From the NCBI GenBank assembly GCA_041492755.1, contig JBGPXN010000034.1, forward strand, positions 1 to 34,460: 34,460 nt of DNA. The letters run 5' to 3'. The stretch comes from Candidatus Methylomirabilia bacterium. GTDB taxonomy: Bacteria > Methylomirabilota > Methylomirabilia > Rokubacteriales > CSP1-6. Positions 1 to 9,364 of the stretch are shown here, piece after piece (positions within the stretch are counted from its first letter, which is position 1; every line of letters begins with the position of its first letter). The translations under genes and the position numbers were made by a program. The notes under the pieces were generated by a model, which was given only the letters and a program-made list of their open reading frames with translations, did no database searches and had not been told where the DNA came from.

Positions 1-94
1 ATCGCGTTCGTCCACGCGGACTCTGACGGCGCGATGATGGGCAAGTGTACGACTCCACACAGCCATAGGCAGGGCTGATCCCGCCGGGATGCGG

Positions 95-133
95 GACAAC
101 GGGCGTCGAGGGAACCCCTCGGCGCCCGTTGTC
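95..133. repeat. 18-bp inverted repeat (strong hairpin)
   Basis: GACAACGGGCGTCGAGGG-aac-CCCTCGGCGCCCGTTGTC; 17/18 Watson-Crick pairs plus one G-U on the + strand; no U-tract. Confidence 0.75.
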
Positions 134-192
134 GTCATGGCCAGGGGCATCCGCTCCAGCTCTCCCGGCGAGACGTATCACTCCGAACACAC

Positions 193-220
193 TCGACGGC
201 CCGCGCCCGTTCCTTATACT
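193..220 (+). promoter_or_regulatory. putative sigma70 promoter for the aspartic protease gene
   Basis: TCGACG-16 nt-TATACT, followed by a GGGAG RBS and the ATG at 241. Confidence 0.4.
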
Positions 221-240
221 CGTTCCGGGAGATCAATGAC

Positions 241-591
241 ATGGGACTCTTCCGCGTTCCGGGGCGACTGACCGGCCCGACTGGGCGTAGCGAGACCGTC
301 GAGCTGCTGGTCGACACGGGAACCACGCTCCTCGTGCTCCCCCGTGACGTCGCGGAGCGTCTCGAGCTCCCGGTTCTACGGACGGCTGCAGTCCGAGTTG
401 CGGGAGGTCGCCGCGAGAACTGGCCCGCCAGCGAAGTGCGGTTGGCGCTCGAAGGAACCGAGATGACCACGCAGTGTCTCATCGCGGCGAGCGGGCCTGC
501 GCTCCTCGGGTGCGTCCCCCTCGAGAGCCTGTTCCTGGCGGTCGATCCGGTCGCCAAGCGGCTCGTCCCCGTCGAAGGCTTCGTCGGCTAA
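241..591 (+). CDS. retropepsin-like (clan AA) single-domain aspartic protease
   Basis: LLVDTGT catalytic motif; C-terminal ALLG..LE.L.L.VDP motif; 116 aa; GGGAG RBS. Confidence 0.85.
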   Translation: MGLFRVPGRLTGPTGRSETVELLVDTGTTLLVLPRDVAERLELPVLRTAAVRVAGGRRENWPASEVRLALEGTEMTTQCLIAASGPALLGCVPLESLFLAVDPVAKRLVPVEGFVG

Positions 592-802
592 ATCGCATCG
601 GCCCGTCGGGCCGCCGAGGCCAAGCGCAAGTCTCCGCGGTTGGCGTCGCAGAGCGGGCTCCGGGTCTTGAGACGCTCCGGGAACCGCCCGCAGAAATCGG
701 CCGCATGGCGGTGTCCGAGAAGAGGCTCTGTGTCGCCTATGCTCCTATGCTCAGCGGCAGTGCGCGACACCGTGCTAAGCTCTCGCGCAGGGAATATGCG
801 CG

Positions 803-1333
803 TTGGATTTCGGCCGCGTCCTCGAGACGGTCGGCGGCTTCTTCGAGCGGACGGGGTTCCACCACGCGATCGTCGGTGCCTTCGGTCTGCATGCGTACGG
901 TCTCAGCCGCGGAACGTTCGACCTGGACTTCGTCACCCAGTCAGAGGCCCAAGCGCAAGTGGTGGCGTTCCTCGAATCGCTGGGGTATGAAACGCTGCAC
1001 CTGTCCGCCGGCTACTCGAACCACCTGCACGCTCTCACCGCACTGGGTCGGCTCGACATGGTCTACGTGAGCGGCGAGACGAGCGAGCGGCTCTTCCGCG
1101 AGTGTCGGACGGTGCCGGGTCCAGGGGGCCGGCCGATCCTGGTGCCGCGTCCAGAGCACCTCGCGGCCATGAAGGTCCAAGCAATGAAGAACGATCCGCA
1201 GCGCACGCTGGGCGAGATGGACGACATCCGGTTTCTTCTCGGGCTGCCCGGCGTCGACGAGCAAGAGATCCGCGGGTACTTCGAGCGGGCCGGCCTGCAG
1301 GAGCGCTACGACGACCTCAAACGACTCGGCTGA
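803..1333 (+). CDS. Pol-beta-superfamily nucleotidyltransferase (AbiEii/DUF6036-like)
   Basis: IVGAFGLHAYG..R.TFDLDF (G-x..DxD) motif; later LD and L.AMK...R...DD motifs; TTG start. Confidence 0.8.
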   Translation: MDFGRVLETVGGFFERTGFHHAIVGAFGLHAYGLSRGTFDLDFVTQSEAQAQVVAFLESLGYETLHLSAGYSNHLHALTALGRLDMVYVSGETSERLFRECRTVPGPGGRPILVPRPEHLAAMKVQAMKNDPQRTLGEMDDIRFLLGLPGVDEQEIRGYFERAGLQERYDDLKRLG

Positions 1334-1532
1334 CGTTCTCCGGCTCGACCGCGATCTGCCGACGACGGCCGAAGACGTGGCCGTTTCTAGACGCCTTCGC
1401 TATGCGCAAACGCTGGGGTTCGACGAGTATCTTCAGTGTCTTGCCGCCCTTGACCCCGGCTCTGCCGCATTCCTGCGATCGCGCCCCGGGCCGAGCGGTT
1501 CCCCTTTCGACCTTATCGCTCATCGAGCGTAG
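1311..1532 (+). CDS. small hypothetical protein overlapping the NTase 3' end; ACG near-cognate start or lost ATG
   Basis: Open frame TSNDSADVLRLDRDLPTTAEDVAVSRRLR...PFDLIAHRA*; AGGAG at 1299-1303 lies 7 nt before ACG 1311; absent from the ORF track. Confidence 0.55.
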   Translation, partial: TTSNDSADVLRLDRDLPTTAEDVAVSRRLRYAQTLGFDEYLQCLAALDPGSAAFLRSRPGPSGSPFDLIAHRA

Positions 1533-1694
1533 ATCTCCTGCCGGGGTAGTGGATCCGCTCGAGTCAGGCAGTATCAACCGCTTTCCGTCCGAGCAGCCGC
1601 CGACACAAGGGCTTTCTGGACCGAAGTCTCGTCCCATCACGTACCGCGCTATGAAGAGCCCGGGCCAGAGCCCGGGCCGGAGCGCGGGCGCGCC

Positions 1695-2837
1695 CTACCA
1701 GAACTCGCGCGAGGCGAGTCGCGCGCCCTCCGCCATGCTGCGCAGCTTGGCCCAGACGATGTCCGGGTCCACCGCGGCCTGGCCCACCCACGTCCCGAAT
1801 CCGCAGTCCGTGCCGGCGAGGACGTTCTCGCGGCCGACGAGCCGCGCGTAGCGCGCGATGCGCTCGGCGACGAGCTCGGGGTGCTCGATGAAGTTGGTGG
1901 TGGAATCGAGCACGCCCGGGATGATGACCGTGTCCGCCGGCAGCTTCACCCGCTCGAAGACGCGCCACTCGTGGGCGTGGCGCGGGTTCGAGGCCTCGAA
2001 CGAGATCCCACCGACCCGGGCCGTGAAGACGACGTCGAGGATGTCGGCTAGCGGCACGTCGTAGTGGTGCGGGCCCTCGTAGTTGCCCCAGCACAGGTGC
2101 AGGCGGACGCGCTCGGGCGCGATGTTCGCCACCGCGTGATTGAGCGCCTCGACGTGCAGGCGCGCCATCTTCAGAAACTCCGGGAGGCTCAGGCCGGCGT
2201 ACTGGATGTGGCGGCCCATGGCCAGATCCGGACAGTCGATCTGCAGCACGAAGCCCGCGCTGGTGACCGTCTCGTACTCGTGCCTCATCGCCTCGGCGAT
2301 GGCGGCCAGATACGCCTCGTGCTTGCCGTAGTGGTCGTCGCGAAAGAACAGCGAGATGACGCCCGGCGAGGCGGCCGACATGAAGCCCTCGGCGACGTCC
2401 GTTCCGGCCAGCGCCGCGCGAAGGTTGTCGGCGTCGACCCGGGCCGCGCGGGGATCGCGCACGCTGATCGGCCCGGTGCACGCGGGGGTCTTCCGGCGGG
2501 CGCGCCCGGGGTCGCCGAACACGCGCTTGGCCATCCCGGGAAAGTCGACGAGGTCCTGGTACTGCAAGGGGTGGCTGGCGCCGCCGAAGCCGTCGAGCCG
2601 ATCCTTTATGTAGGTCGCGTAGCTCGGCTTGCTCTGCTCGCCGTCGCTGACGACGTCCACGCCGGCGTCCACCTGGCAGCGGACCACGTCGGCCACCGCC
2701 GACCGGATCCGCGCCGCCAGCGCCAGCGCATCGATGGGCACGCCTTCCTCCTTGGCGAACATCACCCGGATCAGGTCGTCGGGGCGCGGGAGGCTGCCGG
2801 TGTGCGTGGTGAGGAACCGCTCGGTGCTGCGCTTCAT
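1695..2837 (-). CDS. cobalamin-independent methionine synthase II family protein (single-barrel MetE-like)
   Basis: TTHTGSLPRP, SDGE, and Zn ligands LHLCWGN, FEAS and DCGF. Confidence 0.9.
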   Translation of the reverse strand: MKRSTERFLTTHTGSLPRPDDLIRVMFAKEEGVPIDALALAARIRSAVADVVRCQVDAGVDVVSDGEQSKPSYATYIKDRLDGFGGASHPLQYQDLVDFPGMAKRVFGDPGRARRKTPACTGPISVRDPRAARVDADNLRAALAGTDVAEGFMSAASPGVISLFFRDDHYGKHEAYLAAIAEAMRHEYETVTSAGFVLQIDCPDLAMGRHIQYAGLSLPEFLKMARLHVEALNHAVANIAPERVRLHLCWGNYEGPHHYDVPLADILDVVFTARVGGISFEASNPRHAHEWRVFERVKLPADTVIIPGVLDSTTNFIEHPELVAERIARYARLVGRENVLAGTDCGFGTWVGQAAVDPDIVWAKLRSMAEGARLASREFW

Positions 2838-2909
2838 GGCGCGACTTACTTACCACACGAGGGCTCGTCGCGCGAGCGCGGATCGGGTATCCTCCCGGAG
2901 GACCGCCTG

Positions 2910-3878
2910 ATGGCCGCCACGCTACTGATGCTTCCGCCGCAAAGTGTGAAGACGCGGGAGTGGGGCGCCCGCGTGGCCGCGGCGCTGCCCGAGCTGAACG
3001 TCGTCGTCGCTGAAGACGAGGCGCACGCCGCCAAGGTGATCGGGGCCGCGGAGGCGGCGTTCGGGGTGCTGCCGGCCGCGCTGGTGCGGCAGGCCGCGCG
3101 GCTGCGCTGGTTGCAGGCGCCTCAAGCGGCGCCACCCGCGGGATACTACTATCCCGAGCTCGTCGCGCACCCGGTGGTCGTCACGAACTTTCGCGAGATC
3201 TACAACGACCACATCGCCGCTCACATCATGGCGTTCGTGCTGGCCTTCGCGCGTGGCCTGCACTACTACCTGCCGCGGCAAGCGCAGCGACAGTGGCGTC
3301 CGGAGCCGCACGACACCGGCGTCGTTCACCTGCCGGAGGCGACGGTGCTGATCGTCGGCGTCGGCGGGATCGGCGCCGAGACCGCGCGGCTGGCGGCGGC
3401 GTTCGGCATGACAGTGCTCGGTGTCGACGCCCGGCGGCGTGACGCGCCGGCGGGCGTGGCCGAGCTGCACGGGCCGGATGCGCTGGACACGCTGCTGCCG
3501 CGCGCGGACTTCGTCGTCCTCACCGTGCCTCACACGCCGGCCACCGAGGGGTTCATGAACCGCCCCCGGTTCGCGCGAATGAAGCGCTCGGCGTTCTTCG
3601 TCAACATCGGCCGCGGACGCACCACGCGCCTCGACGATCTGGTCGCCGCCCTGCGGGCGGGGGAGATCGCCGGCGCCGCCCTCGACGTGTTCGAGCAGGA
3701 GCCGCTGCCGGCCGATCACCCGCTGTGGACGATGCCGAACGTGCTGCTCACGCCGCACACGGCCGGCTTCGGTCCCTACCTCGACGAGCGCCGTTTCGAG
3801 ATCCTGCTCGACAACTGCCGGCGCTTCGTCGCGGGTCAGCCGCTCCGCAACGTCGTCGACAAGACCGCCTGGTTCTGA
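2910..3878 (+). CDS. D-isomer-specific 2-hydroxyacid dehydrogenase
   Basis: GVGGIG Rossmann motif, NIGRG, ALDVFEQEPL, TPHTAG; start refined to ATG 2910 after GGAGGA. Confidence 0.9.
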   Translation: MAATLLMLPPQSVKTREWGARVAAALPELNVVVAEDEAHAAKVIGAAEAAFGVLPAALVRQAARLRWLQAPQAAPPAGYYYPELVAHPVVVTNFREIYNDHIAAHIMAFVLAFARGLHYYLPRQAQRQWRPEPHDTGVVHLPEATVLIVGVGGIGAETARLAAAFGMTVLGVDARRRDAPAGVAELHGPDALDTLLPRADFVVLTVPHTPATEGFMNRPRFARMKRSAFFVNIGRGRTTRLDDLVAALRAGEIAGAALDVFEQEPLPADHPLWTMPNVLLTPHTAGFGPYLDERRFEILLDNCRRFVAGQPLRNVVDKTAWF

Positions 3879-3911
3879 CTCGCTGCTCGGCGAGTGGGAG
3901 CGTGGACGGCG

Positions 3912-3943
3912 ACCTTGACTGCCGCGGGCTCAAGGTGCAACGT
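3912..3943 (+). promoter_or_regulatory. putative promoter with overlapping inverted repeat
   Basis: TTGACT(3915-3920)-17 nt-CAACGT(3938-3943); ACCTTGA...TCAAGGT inverted repeat at 3912-3918/3930-3936. Confidence 0.4.
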
Positions 3944-3981
3944 ACGTGGCGAATCGATCCCCACTTCGTGAGGAGCCCATC

Positions 3982-4848
3982 ATGACGGCCAACGGGACCT
4001 ACGAGTTCGATGTCCAGGACGTCGAGTACGTCCGCCACGGGAACGCGCCGCTGCTCGCGCGCGTCTTCAAGCCACGCGGAAGCGGGCCGTTCCCGCTCAT
4101 CGTCGACCTGCACGGCGGAGCCTGGACGCGCGGGGACCGCCTGAACGACACCTTCACCAACGAAGCGCTCGCCCGGAGCGGCGTGGTCGCGGTGGCGCTG
4201 GACTTCCGGACGCAAGCGCCGTACCCCGCGTCGATGGCCGACATCAACTATGGAATCAGGTGGGCCAAGACCAAGGCCAAGGACTGGGGGAGCCGGGCGG
4301 ACCTCGTCGGCATCCTCGGCGTCTCGAGCGGCGGGCACCAGGCGATCCTGCACGCGATGCGGCTGAGCGATCCGCGCTACGCCGTGCTCCCGCTGCCCGC
4401 CGGCTCGCCGGCCGTCGACGCCAGCGTGCGGTGCGTCGTGCTGTGCTGGCCCGTCATCGACCCGCTCGGTCGCTACAACTACGCCAAGAAGCTGAAGGCG
4501 GGCGGCGCCCCGTACCCGGACATCGTCGACCGCGTGCTCCCGTGCCACGACCAGTACTGGCAGACGGAAGCCGCGATGGCCGAAGGCAGCCCGGTGATGG
4601 CGCTCGAGCGCGGCGAGCGCATCGAGTCGATGCCGCCCGTGCTTTACCTGCAGGGCAGCAAGGACCAGGCGCATCCGCGCCCCGACCTCGACCGCTTCGT
4701 CGCGGCCTACCGCAAGGCCGGCGGTCAGGTGGATCTGGAGCTGCTCGAGGGCGTCGGCGAGGGGTTCCTCACGAAAGATCCGACGTCGTCGGCGGCCCGT
4801 CAGGCCATCGATCGGATCATCGAGTTCGTGCACAAGCAGCTTCGGTAA
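3982..4848 (+). CDS. alpha/beta hydrolase (HSL-like esterase)
   Basis: LHGGAW oxyanion motif, GVSSGG nucleophile elbow, QGSKD; ATG 3982 after GAGGAG. Confidence 0.88.
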   Translation: MTANGTYEFDVQDVEYVRHGNAPLLARVFKPRGSGPFPLIVDLHGGAWTRGDRLNDTFTNEALARSGVVAVALDFRTQAPYPASMADINYGIRWAKTKAKDWGSRADLVGILGVSSGGHQAILHAMRLSDPRYAVLPLPAGSPAVDASVRCVVLCWPVIDPLGRYNYAKKLKAGGAPYPDIVDRVLPCHDQYWQTEAAMAEGSPVMALERGERIESMPPVLYLQGSKDQAHPRPDLDRFVAAYRKAGGQVDLELLEGVGEGFLTKDPTSSAARQAIDRIIEFVHKQLR

Positions 4849-7192
4849 TCGCGCGCCAGACGCGCTCGGGCGTCGCCGGCATCTCGAGATGCTCGACGCC
4901 CAGCTCGGCGAGCGCGTCCACGATGGCGTTGACGACGGCGGCGAGGGCAGGCGTGGTGCCACCCTCGCCGCCGCCGCGTAGGCCGAGCGGGTTCGACGTC
5001 GACGGCACTTCGCTGATCTCGGTGGTGAACATCGGCAGCGTGTCGGCCCGCGGCAGCACGTAGTCCATGAACGTCGCCGACTGCATCTGGCCGGTCGCCC
5101 GGTCGTAGGCGCACAGCTCCCACATCGCCTGTCCCACCCCGGCCGCGATGCCGCCGTGCGTCTGGCCGTGCAGGATCAGCGGATTGACCGCGCGGCCGAC
5201 GTCGTCCACCGTCGTGTAGCGCACGATCTCGACGGCGCCGGTCTCGGGATCGACTTCGAGCTCGCACACCGCGCACCCGTAAGGATACGAGGGGACCGGC
5301 ATCGTCTCCTCGCTCGCGCCCGCCAGCGGACCGCGGAGCGCCGCGGGGGCGTCCGGCCGGAGCCCGGCGGCCGCGACGTCGAACAGGTCGACCGCGCGGT
5401 CGGTGCCCTTGACGGTGAACCGACGCGCCGCGAAGTCGATGTCGGCCTCCGCCGCCTCCAGCAGCCAGGCCGCGATCCGCCGACCCTTGTCCACGATGGC
5501 GTCCGACGCCTTCGCCATGACGATGGCGCCGAGGCGCATCGAGCGGCCGGAGTGCGAGCCGCCGCCGACCACGGCCACGTCGGTGTCGCCGGTGAGCAAG
5601 CGGACCTGGTCCAGGCCGACGTCGAACCATTCGGCGACGAGCTGGGCGAAGCTGGTCTCGTGGCCCTGGCCGGCGGACAGCGTGCCGAGGATCACGTCGA
5701 TGCGTCCCTCGGGCGCGACGGTGATCTCGGCCCGCTCGCGCGGCACGCCGGTGTTGAGCTCGATGTAGTTGGCCAGGCCGATGCCGCGATAGCGGCCGCG
5801 CCGTCGCGCGTCGGCCCGCCGTGTCTCGAACCCGGCCCAGTCCGCGAGCCCGAGCACCCGGTCCTGCGCCGCCGCGTAGTCGCCGCTGTCGTAGACGAGC
5901 CCGAGCGGGTTGCGGTACGGCATCGCGCTCGACGGCACCAGGTTGCGCCGCCGGATCTCGACGCGGTCGAAGCCGTGCCGGCGGGCGGCGAGGTCGATCA
6001 GCCGCTCGATGACGAAGATCACCTCGGGCCGACCGGCGCTGCGATACGGCGTCGTCGGCGCGGTGTGGCTCAGCACCGCCCGGCCGCGCATGGCGACGGC
6101 TGGGATGCGGTACACGCTCGGCGACACGCCGATGCCCTTGGCCAGCGGCGTGAAGGAGATGGCGTGCGCGCCGACATTGCTGGTGTTGACGCCGCGCATG
6201 GCCAAAAAGTTGCCGTCGACGTCGAGCGCCAGCTCCAGATGCGAGACGAGATCGCGGCTCTGGTAGTCGCTGAGCATGGCCTCGCGCCGCTCGCACGTCC
6301 ACTTCACGGGGCGCCGCAGACGCCTGGCCGCCCACGCCACCAGGGCGAACTCGGGATAGAAGCTGTTGCGCGTGCCGTAGTTGCCGCCGACGTCGCGCGC
6401 CACGACCCGGACCGCGCTCTGCGCCACGCCGAGCACGCCGGCCAGGTCCGCCTTGAGTCGGTGGGAGCCGCCGCCCCCGGCGTAGAGCGTGTACCGGCCG
6501 GTCGCCTCGTCGTACAGGGAGAGCGCCGCGCGTGGTTCCATTGGCACCCCCGTCACCCGGTTCACCTGCGTCTCGAGCCGCACGACGTGCGCGGCGCGCC
6601 GGAACGCGGCGTCCGCGGCCGCGGCATCCCCGGCCTCGGAGTCGACGCACACGTTGGACTTCGCGTCGTCCCAGACGCGCGGCGCGTCGGCCGCCGCGGC
6701 GTCGGTGCTCAGCGTCACCGCGGGCAGCGGCTCCCACTCCACGATCACGCCCTCGGCGCCGTCCCTGGCCGCCGCGGCCGTTTCGGCGATCACCATCGCC
6801 ACGGCTTCGCCCACGCAGCGCGCCCGGTCCGCGGGCAGGGCCGGGTGCAAGGCGATGAAGAACTCCGAGCCGTCGCGGCTCTTGAGCGGCACTTCGTGTG
6901 GATTCGTCGGCACCGGACGGTGCGGGATCGGCCGCAGGCCGTCGGCCGCGGCATCACTGCCGGTGAGCACCGCGATGACACCCGGCGTGGCGAGCGCATG
7001 CGCCGTGTCGATGCGGCGAATGCGTGCGTGCGCGTGGGGCGAGCGCACCATGCACGCGTAGGCCTGGCCGGGTTCGTTGACGTCGTCGCTGTAACAGCCG
7101 GCGCCGGTGAGCAGGCGCGCGTCTTCCTTCCGGCGAACCGGCCTGCCGAAGCCGTCGCGTGCCGACCGCGTGCGGGAATCGAGGAAGGACAT
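4817..7192 (-). CDS. xanthine dehydrogenase family molybdopterin-binding subunit (CoxL form II-like)
   Basis: RKEDARLLTG, VRSPHAHA, MEPR, DVGGNYG, PYRSAGRPE, GQGHET, GQTHGG, G.GEGG. Confidence 0.92.
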   Translation of the reverse strand: MSFLDSRTRSARDGFGRPVRRKEDARLLTGAGCYSDDVNEPGQAYACMVRSPHAHARIRRIDTAHALATPGVIAVLTGSDAAADGLRPIPHRPVPTNPHEVPLKSRDGSEFFIALHPALPADRARCVGEAVAMVIAETAAAARDGAEGVIVEWEPLPAVTLSTDAAAADAPRVWDDAKSNVCVDSEAGDAAAADAAFRRAAHVVRLETQVNRVTGVPMEPRAALSLYDEATGRYTLYAGGGGSHRLKADLAGVLGVAQSAVRVVARDVGGNYGTRNSFYPEFALVAWAARRLRRPVKWTCERREAMLSDYQSRDLVSHLELALDVDGNFLAMRGVNTSNVGAHAISFTPLAKGIGVSPSVYRIPAVAMRGRAVLSHTAPTTPYRSAGRPEVIFVIERLIDLAARRHGFDRVEIRRRNLVPSSAMPYRNPLGLVYDSGDYAAAQDRVLGLADWAGFETRRADARRRGRYRGIGLANYIELNTGVPRERAEITVAPEGRIDVILGTLSAGQGHETSFAQLVAEWFDVGLDQVRLLTGDTDVAVVGGGSHSGRSMRLGAIVMAKASDAIVDKGRRIAAWLLEAAEADIDFAARRFTVKGTDRAVDLFDVAAAGLRPDAPAALRGPLAGASEETMPVPSYPYGCAVCELEVDPETGAVEIVRYTTVDDVGRAVNPLILHGQTHGGIAAGVGQAMWELCAYDRATGQMQSATFMDYVLPRADTLPMFTTEISEVPSTSNPLGLRGGGEGGTTPALAAVVNAIVDALAELGVEHLEMPATPERVWRAITEAACARTR

Positions 7193-7262
7193 CAGTGCCC
7201 GGAGGGGAATTCTACCGCCGATCGTGCCGGGAAACGGGTAGGATCACCGCGCCCACAAGGAG

Positions 7263-8534
7263 GTGGGACCCGCCATTAGCCGTGTGTCCCCGAGCGCGCG
7301 CCCGGACCACGCGTCTGCCCGGGCCGCGGGGCAGTCGACCTTCGCCGCGCTCAAGGTCCCGAACTACTGCCTCTACTGGCTCGGACTGGTGTTCTACGTG
7401 CTCGGCCACCGGGCCGAGTACGTCACGTTCGCCTGGATCGTGTGGGAGGTCACCCAGGATCCGCTCTACCTCGGCTATCTCGGCTTCGCGCAGGGCGTGC
7501 CGCTCGTCGTGTTCCAGCTCGTCGGCGGTGTCCTGGCCGATCGCACCAACCGGCTGCGGCTGCTGATCGGCACGCAGCTCTTGACCGCGGCCACCATGAC
7601 GTTCGCCTTCGGGCTCACCATGCTCGGGCCCGTCCGCGTGCACCACATGCTGCTGCTGGCCGCGTTGAGCAGCACGTTCCGCGCGTTCGACGAGCCGAGC
7701 CGCTTCGCGCTGGTGCCGCAGCTCATCGATCGCGACCGCCTGCCCAACGCGATCGCGCTCGGCTCGATTCCCTGGCAGGCGGGCCGGATGATCGGCCCGT
7801 CCATCACCGGCGTGCTCATCGCCGCGTTCGGCGGCCGCGTCGGCTTCGGACTCGCGGCACTCGCCTCGTACATTGCCCTCGCGCTTTACAGCTTCGTCCG
7901 CGTCCGCGGTGAGCCTCCGGCGCGCGATGGGCAGCACGTCGGGCAGCAGTTCGTCGAGGGGATCAACTTCGTCGCCGGCAATTTCTTGTTCGCGAGCTTG
8001 ATCGGCCTGGCGTTGTTCAACAGCGTGTTCGGGATGTCGTACGTCACGCTGCTGCCGATCTATGCCGATCGCTACTTCGGGACCGGCTCGACCGGCTACG
8101 GATTGCTGCAGGCGGCCCACGGCGTCGGGGCGTTCACCGGCACGCTCGTCCTGGCGACGATGGCGGGGCGGATCCGGCGCCCGGGCACGACGCTGCTGGT
8201 CACGGCGGCCTGTTTGGGGCTCGAGCTGATGCTCTTCTCCCGATCGCCCGGCATGGCCCTGGCGATGCCCATGCTGGCGCTGGTCGGCTTCAGCACGACG
8301 TTCTACCTGACGCAGGTCACCACGCTGCTGCAGCTCAAGGTCCCGGAGCATCTGCGCGGCCGCGTGATGAGCATCTACGGGCTCTGCTGGAACCTGCTCC
8401 CGCTCGGCGGCCTGCTCAGCGGTGTGCTGGCCGCGGCCGTCGATGCGCGCTTCGCCGTGCTCTTCGGCGGCGCCTTGGTGGCCGCCAATGCCGTCGTGCT
8501 GCTCGCCTCGAAGCGGCTCCGGATGATCGGCTAG
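7263..8534 (+). CDS. MFS transporter
   Basis: About 12 hydrophobic segments; GGVLADRTNR motif A; VPEHLRGRVMS; start uncertain. Confidence 0.88.
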   Translation: MGPAISRVSPSARPDHASARAAGQSTFAALKVPNYCLYWLGLVFYVLGHRAEYVTFAWIVWEVTQDPLYLGYLGFAQGVPLVVFQLVGGVLADRTNRLRLLIGTQLLTAATMTFAFGLTMLGPVRVHHMLLLAALSSTFRAFDEPSRFALVPQLIDRDRLPNAIALGSIPWQAGRMIGPSITGVLIAAFGGRVGFGLAALASYIALALYSFVRVRGEPPARDGQHVGQQFVEGINFVAGNFLFASLIGLALFNSVFGMSYVTLLPIYADRYFGTGSTGYGLLQAAHGVGAFTGTLVLATMAGRIRRPGTTLLVTAACLGLELMLFSRSPGMALAMPMLALVGFSTTFYLTQVTTLLQLKVPEHLRGRVMSIYGLCWNLLPLGGLLSGVLAAAVDARFAVLFGGALVAANAVVLLASKRLRMIG

Positions 8535-8596
8535 AGTAGGCCGTCCGTGACAGGTGCCGGCGATGGACAATCGTCGGCGACGAAAGGGAGGGAACC

Positions 8597-9142
8597 ATGG
8601 CCAGGCTGACTCACATCACGAGCAAGGATCAGGTCCCGGCGAAGGACCAGGCGGTCGTCGATTCGATCGTCGCCAGCCGGGGCGCGCTCCAGGGACCGTT
8701 CACGATGTTCCTGCACTGCCCGGCCCTGGCCGGCCGCGTCGCGCACCTCGGCGCGTTCGTGCGGTTCGAGGGCACCCTCGACAAGCGGGCGCGCGTGCTC
8801 GCCGCAATGGCGGTCGCCCGCGAGTTCGACGCGATGTACGTATGGGGCGCGCAGACCGGCGGCGCCCGCAAGCTCGGCGTGCCGGAGTCGACGATCACCG
8901 CCATCCGCGAGAAGCACACGCGTGGGGTGCCGCCGGAGGACGCGCAGATCGTGGACTTCACGCTGCAGCTCATGCGGAAGCATCGGGTCGACGAGGCCAC
9001 GTTCAAGGCGGTCCAATCGCGGTTCGGCAACGAAGGCTTGATCGAGCTCACCGGGGCGATCGGCTACTACACGATGCTCGCGATGACCGTCAACGCGTGC
9101 GAGCTGGAGCCGGCCCCGGGGGCCGAAGTGCTCCATGTCTGA
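8597..9142 (+). CDS. carboxymuconolactone decarboxylase / AhpD-like protein
   Basis: GPF..FLHCP.LA, LG.FVRF, Y.W and ELTG.IGYY patterns; GGAGGG RBS. Confidence 0.82.
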   Translation: MARLTHITSKDQVPAKDQAVVDSIVASRGALQGPFTMFLHCPALAGRVAHLGAFVRFEGTLDKRARVLAAMAVAREFDAMYVWGAQTGGARKLGVPESTITAIREKHTRGVPPEDAQIVDFTLQLMRKHRVDEATFKAVQSRFGNEGLIELTGAIGYYTMLAMTVNACELEPAPGAEVLHV

Positions 9143-9364
9143 AGGTCGAGTTCGGCGTCACGCTTCGCACGCGGGCCGATGACGTCGCAGGACGTTCCGG
9201 TGAGACGGGGCCGCGTCTGTAGGGCATTCCCCGGGATTGACAGAGCCGGGCGCGGAATGCGATAGCGTAGCCGCGTTCACGAGCCCGTCCAGCGGGTTGT
9301 GCGGCACCGGCGGCCCCGACAGCGAGGAGTTCATAACGTCTATGCGCTCCGCCACTGAGGTCTC

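Noticed and set aside
1655..1690. 12-bp tandem repeat AGAGCCCGGGCC (two copies plus one degenerate)
   Set aside because: Too short and has no spacers; not a CRISPR array
2064..2909. N-terminal extension of the 604-aa ORF
   Set aside because: Antisense shadow of the MetE-like gene; the real start is ATG 2910 with an RBS
4800..7279. Long alternative-frame ORFs (645 aa, 707 aa) and similar ones elsewhere (11936-14551, 18663-20408, 22457-24439, 25943-27559)
   Set aside because: Arg/Ala/Pro-rich, motif-free shadows of real genes, typical of high-GC DNA
9237..9268. TTGACA...TAGCGT promoter upstream of the patatin-like gene
   Set aside because: The 20-nt spacer is too long for a canonical sigma70 promoter
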